Part shown: positions 29,043 through 35,500 of the stretch, in pieces
Layout of the letters: each line of letters begins with the position of its first letter
Numbering within the stretch: position 1 is the first letter of the stretch
Origin: Chrysochromulina tobinii
Lineage: Eukaryota
Assembly: GCA_001275005.1 (NCBI GenBank)
Contig: JWZX01003038.1
Span: 1 to 35,500, forward strand
Reading direction: 5' to 3'
DNA length: 35,500 nt
Notes under the pieces: model-generated
Seen by the model: only the letters and a program-made list of their open reading frames with translations
The model's database searches: none
Told to the model about the DNA's origin: nothing
Made by a program: the position numbers and the translations under genes

Positions 29043-31690
29043 TTAAACAGAGATGAGATCGGCAGCATCGTCGACCGTGGCGACGCTCACCGCCCCATGC
29101 CGCGATCGGCCGCGCTCGATCGCCTCGCGGAGCGCATTCACACTGCAACCGCCAAGAAGTGAAACGAGCAGCCTTAGCAGCCACCACACCCCGATGCTGA
29201 GCAGCCCAGAGAAGCTCAGCAGCAGCGCTCGCGAGCTCGTGTACTCGGAGTTCAGTCCTGGAAAGGGCGGTGGAAGAGCCGAAAGCACTGCAGCAAAGGG
29301 CGGTGGGGGCGGCCGTGGTGCAGCAGTTGGAGGCCATTCCATTGTGCACGAAGTGGCACGCCAGTGTGCCAGCTTGCCCTGCAAGTGCAGGTACACGTAC
29401 GGCCACTCCTGAGCTGCAAAGGTTGTCGGTAGCAGGAGCACGGACACGTGCAACTCGGTGCTGCCGGGTCTTCCCGGGACGTGATCCTCTGGGATGCGAT
29501 CTCCCGGGACGTGATCCTCTGGGATGCGATCTCCAGGGCCGTTGACGAGCAGCAGAGCGTTCCTGACATGTAGCGTCCGTAGCTGCTTGCCGCTCAGCGT
29601 CATGTCGAGTCGCACACCCGCTTGCCATCGGTCGACGACAATCTGCACCGTGAACCACGCTTGCGCCGCCTCCGCCTCCGCAATTGCCGCTGCCGTAGGC
29701 GGCGGCGCCGCCGTCGCTTCAGGCTCCCATCGCTTATACTGGGGTGGCAGCGGTGGTGGGTGCTGTGCAGGAGGCTCATCAGCATCGGTGCCCAGCAGCT
29801 GCACGAAGCCCGGACCGAGCTCTACACACTCAGCGGCTCCAAAAGATTGCAGCACGTTGGGCGGTGAGAAAGGGTGGGGCGGCGTCGGCGGGCGCATCGG
29901 CTGTGGCGGGAGCGGCGGCGGCGGCGGCGGCGAGGGCGGCAGCGATGCGTTGCATCGAATCACTGGGCGACCGAGCGGTATCGACCTTGCGCGGAAGCCA
30001 AAGAAGCACGAGGCCTGACCATATGGATCGTCATCCGTCGGCTGCAGCGACAGGACGAAAGGGAGGTTCTTCGCGCTACTGAACTGGCGGATCTGGGCAG
30101 CCTCTGCGGCTTCCAAGTCCGCTCGGAGGGCGTCGCTCTCCGCCCGTTGACGGTTGAGATCCTCCCACGATTGCAGTGTCATCGGCGGCATCCACGGGCT
30201 AGGCGAGGGCGAGGGCGGCGGCGGCGTAGGCGTCGCCACGTACCGCGGGTCGACACAAATCGAACCGGTAGTGCCCTCTTTCCGAAGGCTGTCGGTCCAA
30301 GGCCCACAAAAGAAGCAATAAGAGGTATCAGGGCCAACCAATGGAAATCAAGGACAATGTATCAGGGGTACTCAGGGGCAATTCAGGGCCATCACCTCGC
30401 GGCCCACGGCCCGAGAAAGTCTTCTCGCCACGAGCGGCTGTGGGGACGAACGTCCTGATGGAGACGCCCCATGTGCACGGCGTCCAGGTACTCGCCGCCA
30501 TACCCGCCCAGCTCGAAGAGCATCTCAATGCCCGGGAGCGGCTCGGTGGCGTCACGCACGCGCGTGCCGAGGTACGTCGCGCCCCAAATCTGGAGTGGCG
30601 TGCTCAGCCCGGGGGCGACATGGTAGGTCACGTTGGCGATCACAGGCAGCTCGCTGACGCCCGGCCATGTGAGGCTGATGTGAGCGCCTGGGACCCAACG
30701 CCGGAGCAGCACGCGTACCTCGGTCGTCCGTGACGAGGCATCGAGCTCGCTCAGTGAGTAGCCGTCCAGAGGGTCCAGGTCGAGAGGACAATCAGGGTAC
30801 CCTTGCTGAAGCACTTGCTGAAGCGATGCGACGTAACCGACTGCGGCTATGGTGCCGTCGATGCAGTGCAGCGAGGGAGTCGGCGGCAAGGTCGACACGA
30901 CGCTCGCCTCAATGAGGATGCATGCGCCGCCCAGGAGGACCTCGTGCTTCCAGCCACAACGGCTCGTCATCGTGGCACGCCCAAGCTCGAGGATCGTCAC
31001 CGGGCTGCTGCTACGCGGTACCACCAGATTCTCCAATGCGGTGTACTCGGAGGGTGGCACAAGGCGCGCGCCGCTCAGCTGCTCAATTTTAGGCAGCTGT
31101 GGCGACCACTGGACGAGTACGCGGCCACCCGGTACCCACTGCCGAACCCATATCTTGAGGTGGATGCGGTGGTAGGTCGCACGCGACGTGTCCCCATTAT
31201 CCGATGGAAAGGAGCTCTCTTCAGTTGCGATGCGCATGCCGTCACACTCAGCCAGAGGTGGCGGTCCTGGCAGTGGCGGCGGTAGTGGCGGTGGCGATGG
31301 CGATGGCGGAGATCCGGGCGAGGGAGGATGCGAGGGTGGGGTTGGCGGCACGTTCGGCGGTCCGTCCTCGAACCACGCGACGGCGTTTTCAAACGCGGGC
31401 TTGTCCAAGAACATCGTCGTCTGCGCAATATCCTTGGTTTCCACCTCCGCGTCCTCATCGTACGAATGGGTGGTGCCGGGCGCAGCGGCGAATGTGCGTG
31501 TGTCAGTCAGTATGTCAGTGCCCTCATCTCTGCTGATGGTTGGGATACGAAAGGGGATTTCGGCGGGCGTGTCGGTGAATGCTGCGAATTCACCAAAGCG
31601 GAGGTTTGGATTGTCCTTGCGAGGCTCGTGCGTGAAAGCTGCAACGAACGTGCGTGTGGCAAGAGCAAGAAGCGCGACGAACGGCCTCAT
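29043..31690 (-). CDS. Secreted/type-I membrane Pro-rich surface protein, two exons (31690-30396, 30288-29043)
   Basis: Signal MRPFVALLALATRTFVAA; three related Trp modules (VRQWVPGGRVLVQW, LRRWVPGAHISLTW, VDRWQAGVRLDM); Pro linkers; C-terminal TM ALLLSFSGLLSIGVWWLL. An intron joins the two ORFs in frame. Confidence 0.75.
30289..30395 (-). other. GT-AG intron, 107 nt, with repeated CCCTGA motifs
   Basis: GCG AG|GTGATG...GACAG|C CTT CGG; the phase-2 join reads WAASLRKEG. Confidence 0.8.
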
Positions 31691-31988
31691 AGTCCGGTCT
31701 TGCACGCTCAGCTTGTCTATGTTCTTTCAGGGGACCGTGACTTGGGGGCGCGGCCGTTTTGCAAGTTGCCGCGAGCTCCGCCGTTGCATGCGCGAGCCAA
31801 CTTACTCGTCTGCACAGAATGATGTTTATACCTATCAGGTGACCTTTACCTTAAAGGCGGAATTGGCCCAGGTTAAAGGTTTTAAGAATATGACGTAGCT
31901 ACGGATCTTGCAGACGCTCATAGAGTCACTCTATGCTATTTAAAGAGTCACAGTGCCACTCACTCGTTTCCGTATTCAATCACCCCGC

Positions 31989-33893
31989 TCATTCCGGAAT
32001 GAGCTCGTACCGCGTTACGGGCGACTCGATCGCGTCTGCGGGTCCATCTCTCCCCGGCACCACGTCTGCAATCGCCTCTCCACTCCCCTCGTCCGCGAGT
32101 TCTGCTCCCGCTGCTCGCTCCCCCTGCATCATGCGGGTTCCCTCTGCAATGTGCTCCTCAGAGTCGTCGACAGGAGGATCCCCCGGGCGGTGGAGTGAGA
32201 GCGATGAAAAGTTGAAGTCACAGTCGAAATGGTATCTGCCCTTTAGAAGCCCCGATGGCGACTCGTCATCCAGTCCAGAAGCGCCGAGGTCGTAGAGGAG
32301 TCCATCTAGGCCCATCTGCCACAGGCGGAGGCGTGTCTGAACCGCCAAGCGGTGAGGTGAAGACGCAATCTCGGTGAGGGCCGAGGAGATTTGAAGGCGA
32401 GCCGAGGCGCAATTGGCAGTGTGATGCTCCGCTGCAGCGACTGCCGCCTGGGACGTCTGCCGTACCCCATCCGCGAGAGCGGACGCGAGGTGCCCGCTGC
32501 GGTGCATCTCTAAGTAGTCGAGCGTGTTGATTGATGTCCGCGACCGGCGTCCTGCCAGCCACCGCTCATGCTCACCCACAGCCTCCCAATGGGCCGCAAG
32601 AACCCCCTCGCAGGTCGCACACTGCTCCAGCTCGTTGACGAGGAGCCGATGGTGGTAGCCGAGCATCTTTATAGCCTCGGATGCGGCGGCTCCTAGCTCG
32701 TCGAGCTTGAACAGGACGTCCACCTCCTCCCGTGCAAGCATGACGTCCTCCTGTCGGGTGATCTGCAGGTGGTGGCTACAGTCTGCCACTATCCGTTGTT
32801 CTCGATTGCTCACTTTTTCAGCTTGGGCGATCCCCCGCTCGACCACGCGAGTCGCCCGTTCGGCACGCAACCGTGCGTAGCGAATCCGCTGCAGGCTTCT
32901 ACTCAGAAGCTCCTTCAGCTTGATGGGCGGCAAATTGGTGCAATCTCTCGGACCTTTTTTCTCTGGCCATCGCCACAACTCCTTGGGACTGTCTGGGTTT
33001 CGAGGGTTGGCGTAGATGCCGTCCCAAGTGGGCCCCGAATCATCCCACGGCGGTCGATACCAAGCCGGAAGGAAGGAGGCAAAGGTTGTCGTCTTAGAAG
33101 GCGAGGCCGACTTGGACTTCGAAGGCGATTTTGGGAGTGTGACCACGAGCGATGTTGCGCGTGCATCCGTCACGTTGTCACCTTCTTCGGGCGCGGTCAT
33201 CACGTCCCATTCGGCTGGTTTGGGCGGCCGTGGCGCAGGCGAAGGTTCGCGGCCGTAAGGAATCGCCGAAGGCGACTTCACCGAGATCCCGGGGCTGTGG
33301 CTGCTCTCATCAATTGCCGAGACGACCTCGGCCATAGAATTTGCGAGGAACGTCTTCCCATCCAACGAAAGATAACCTTGGATGGCCTTCTCACGTCGGT
33401 CGTTCCTGGTTTGGATTGTGGAAGGTCCCGCTCTTATACGGGGAGATGTGCTGCGAGGCGGCGCTCTGATCGGCGAGGCACTGCGTGCCTGCACACTGCG
33501 CAGCAAGGCATTGCGTGGCGAGGCATTCTGGAGGCCTTCAAACGGTGATGGGCTGCGCGGTGAGGTAACGAGCTTTGGCACTCGCCTGACGGACGAGAAA
33601 TACTCCTGGGCCTCGTTGTAAGACCTCCCTCTTCTTGACGGAGAAACGAAGCCTAAGGAATTGCAAGTAATAGAGATTGGTGACGGACGGGAATTGGTTG
33701 GATTCCTCGATGGAAACGATGTCCGACTTGGTGATGCCCTTGGCGACGATGGAGAGCTCGCAACGTGTTTTGCGAGCACTCCTGCGCCTCTTGGCACCGG
33801 CGATTGATGCGCACCACTCAGTGTTGGCTGAGATACATCAAAAGGCTGTGGACGTGTCGTGGGTGCGCTTCGGGGCCTTCGTGCGCTCGACAT
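31989..33893 (-). CDS. Hypothetical protein (Ser/Pro/Arg-rich N-terminus, coiled-coil C-half)
   Basis: 634-aa uninterrupted ORF; no family recognised. Confidence 0.75.
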   Translation of the reverse strand: MSSARRPRSAPTTRPQPFDVSQPTLSGAHQSPVPRGAGVLAKHVASSPSSPRASPSRTSFPSRNPTNSRPSPISITCNSLGFVSPSRRGRSYNEAQEYFSSVRRVPKLVTSPRSPSPFEGLQNASPRNALLRSVQARSASPIRAPPRSTSPRIRAGPSTIQTRNDRREKAIQGYLSLDGKTFLANSMAEVVSAIDESSHSPGISVKSPSAIPYGREPSPAPRPPKPAEWDVMTAPEEGDNVTDARATSLVVTLPKSPSKSKSASPSKTTTFASFLPAWYRPPWDDSGPTWDGIYANPRNPDSPKELWRWPEKKGPRDCTNLPPIKLKELLSRSLQRIRYARLRAERATRVVERGIAQAEKVSNREQRIVADCSHHLQITRQEDVMLAREEVDVLFKLDELGAAASEAIKMLGYHHRLLVNELEQCATCEGVLAAHWEAVGEHERWLAGRRSRTSINTLDYLEMHRSGHLASALADGVRQTSQAAVAAAEHHTANCASARLQISSALTEIASSPHRLAVQTRLRLWQMGLDGLLYDLGASGLDDESPSGLLKGRYHFDCDFNFSSLSLHRPGDPPVDDSEEHIAEGTRMMQGERAAGAELADEGSGEAIADVVPGRDGPADAIESPVTRYELIPE

Positions 33894-34340
33894 CGTTGAT
33901 CCAGTGCAGGTGCGTGTGGCACCAGACGGACTGCGCGCTCACGCCTTTTTTCATCGAGTGTTGACAAAACAAGTCTCCGTGAAACTGTAAACGAAACGGC
34001 GCTGTGGCGCACGATCGGCACTGACAATTCGAGCTTCGGCACCATGCTGCACAATAAGTACCGCAGAGCGCGCGCGCTGACCGGACGCTGACCGAACTGA
34101 CCGAACGCAGTTTCGCAGCCTGTACCGTAAAGAACTACTTTGTAGATATAATGAACTGCAAAAAAAAACTATGAAAAGTTGCCAACCGTTCGTCTAGGGC
34201 GCGGCCTCTTCTGAGTCGGCCGCTGGGTTGGCACGCGCGGTTGTGGCGCGGTCGGAGAGTCGGTTTGGTTGTGAGTTTCGTGAGTTCCCCTCCGGGCCGA
34301 AAATAGATCGCGTCCTCGTCGCCGCCGGCCGGTCGAGCAC

Positions 34341-35171
34341 ATGACCCATTATCAACGAGCACCCGGCCAGCCGCTGTGCCAGTTTGGCGCTGCCTGCACG
34401 CGTAAGAAGGCAGACCACTACCGATCGCTCGATCATCCACCGAATCATCCAAAGCTGCTCCACGCTGCCAACATGAAGCACCAGCACCAGCAGCTCGAAC
34501 GCGATGCTGTTGCTCTGGACCGCTCTAGATGTGCACTGCAAGGCAGGGATGGTGATGATCCTTCGACTGCAACGTATACTTGCGCCGGCTGCGGATCAAA
34601 AATCGTCGGGTTCGGGCGATGGCGCAATCACATGAAGAGGGCAAACAAGCGAGGTGGTGGCGATTTTCCGACGACGACGACTGGCAGCGCTGCGTTTTCC
34701 ACCGCCGCTGTCTCCAAGAAGGAGTCGTTTCGTGCATTAGCAGAACGCAATCTTGCGACACACCGCGAGCACAATCCGGCATCGCCAGCGGCAGATGAAT
34801 CGGCACAGGTGCGTGATGCTACGCGGGCAGGTGCATCCATCTCGTCTGCCACTGCAAAGGTGTCCGCGATGCAGCAAGCTGCGCGCGAGGCACCGCTACA
34901 GTCCAGAGTTGAAGGCAAGGCCGTGTGGCGACTCTCTGGCAAAGAGAAGCGGGCGCTGGCCGAGGCAGCGGCGAGAGGAGAGGCTCCACGGGCCGTTGCC
35001 GCCGAGTTCGCCTCTCGGACGGTACCTGCATGCAAGCCGACCGCCGCAGATGCTCCACGCTCCGTGGATGCTTCTGAGCGAGACGATGGTGAAGAGAAGC
35101 AGCCAGTCGGCAAGCGCTGGCTGGCTACGGCTGCTGGGAAAAGTGAGAAGCGCCAGCGCAAATTCTATTGA
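34341..35171 (+). CDS. PBZ-type (poly-ADP-ribose-binding) zinc finger plus C2H2-like finger protein
   Basis: PLCQFGAACTRKKADHYRSLDHP fits the PBZ pattern CxxGxxCxRxxxxHxxxxxHP; YTCAGCGSKIVGFGRWRNHMKR is C2H2-like; basic C-terminus KRQRKFY. Confidence 0.7.
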   Translation: MTHYQRAPGQPLCQFGAACTRKKADHYRSLDHPPNHPKLLHAANMKHQHQQLERDAVALDRSRCALQGRDGDDPSTATYTCAGCGSKIVGFGRWRNHMKRANKRGGGDFPTTTTGSAAFSTAAVSKKESFRALAERNLATHREHNPASPAADESAQVRDATRAGASISSATAKVSAMQQAAREAPLQSRVEGKAVWRLSGKEKRALAEAAARGEAPRAVAAEFASRTVPACKPTAADAPRSVDASERDDGEEKQPVGKRWLATAAGKSEKRQRKFY

Positions 35172-35500
35172 GCTGAAGGCGGCGTTTTTGGGCTTGCGTG
35201 ACACCCAGGTGAGAGGTTGCAGTGAGAGGTGACCGTGTGTCGGGTGGACGTGAGCCGGACACATCGTTCATTCACACCGGAATTCTTCCCCACCCCCGGT
35301 TTCGTCTGAATACCGGGAGGGAAGCCTCAGAGATTAACCGCCAGCGTGAAATTAGCGCGTGCGCGAAACGATAGGAATTTGCGGTGGAGCCCGAATTCCG
35401 ACTTGTCTGTCCGTCTGTCCGTGTGTGTGCCAGTCTGTCGTCCCAAATTTGGGAGCACAAAAGCGGGCGCTTCAAGCTCCTTCGAACCGCGTCCCAAATT

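Overview
GC-rich, gene-dense, intron-poor eukaryotic nuclear DNA. It most resembles a haptophyte alga such as Chrysochromulina (inferred from style, not proven). About 15 protein genes are present, several as divergent pairs. Recognisable products are an NKAP-like protein (partial), an RNI-type LRR protein, HemK2/N6AMT1, a sulfotransferase, Romo1/Mgr2, DRC7/CCDC135, a Ulp2/SENP6-7-like SUMO protease with a split catalytic domain, a Methyltransf_24 enzyme, an EF-hand repeat protein and a PBZ/C2H2 zinc-finger protein. Four observations stand out. (1) A 321-bp TG...CA solo-LTR-like insert with an exact 5-bp target-site duplication splits an ankyrin repeat. (2) The host locus (1344-3834, minus) looks like a decaying ankyrin/ZZ-like/EF-hand pseudogene. 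(3) A 51-aa membrane microprotein ORF ends 8 nt upstream of the HemK2 ATG, a candidate bicistronic locus or uORF. (4) A ~1400-aa receptor-like protein combines Cys-rich repeats, a Pro stalk and a TM helix with a cytoplasmic IQ-S1-IQ module. I saw no rRNA, tRNA or CRISPR array.
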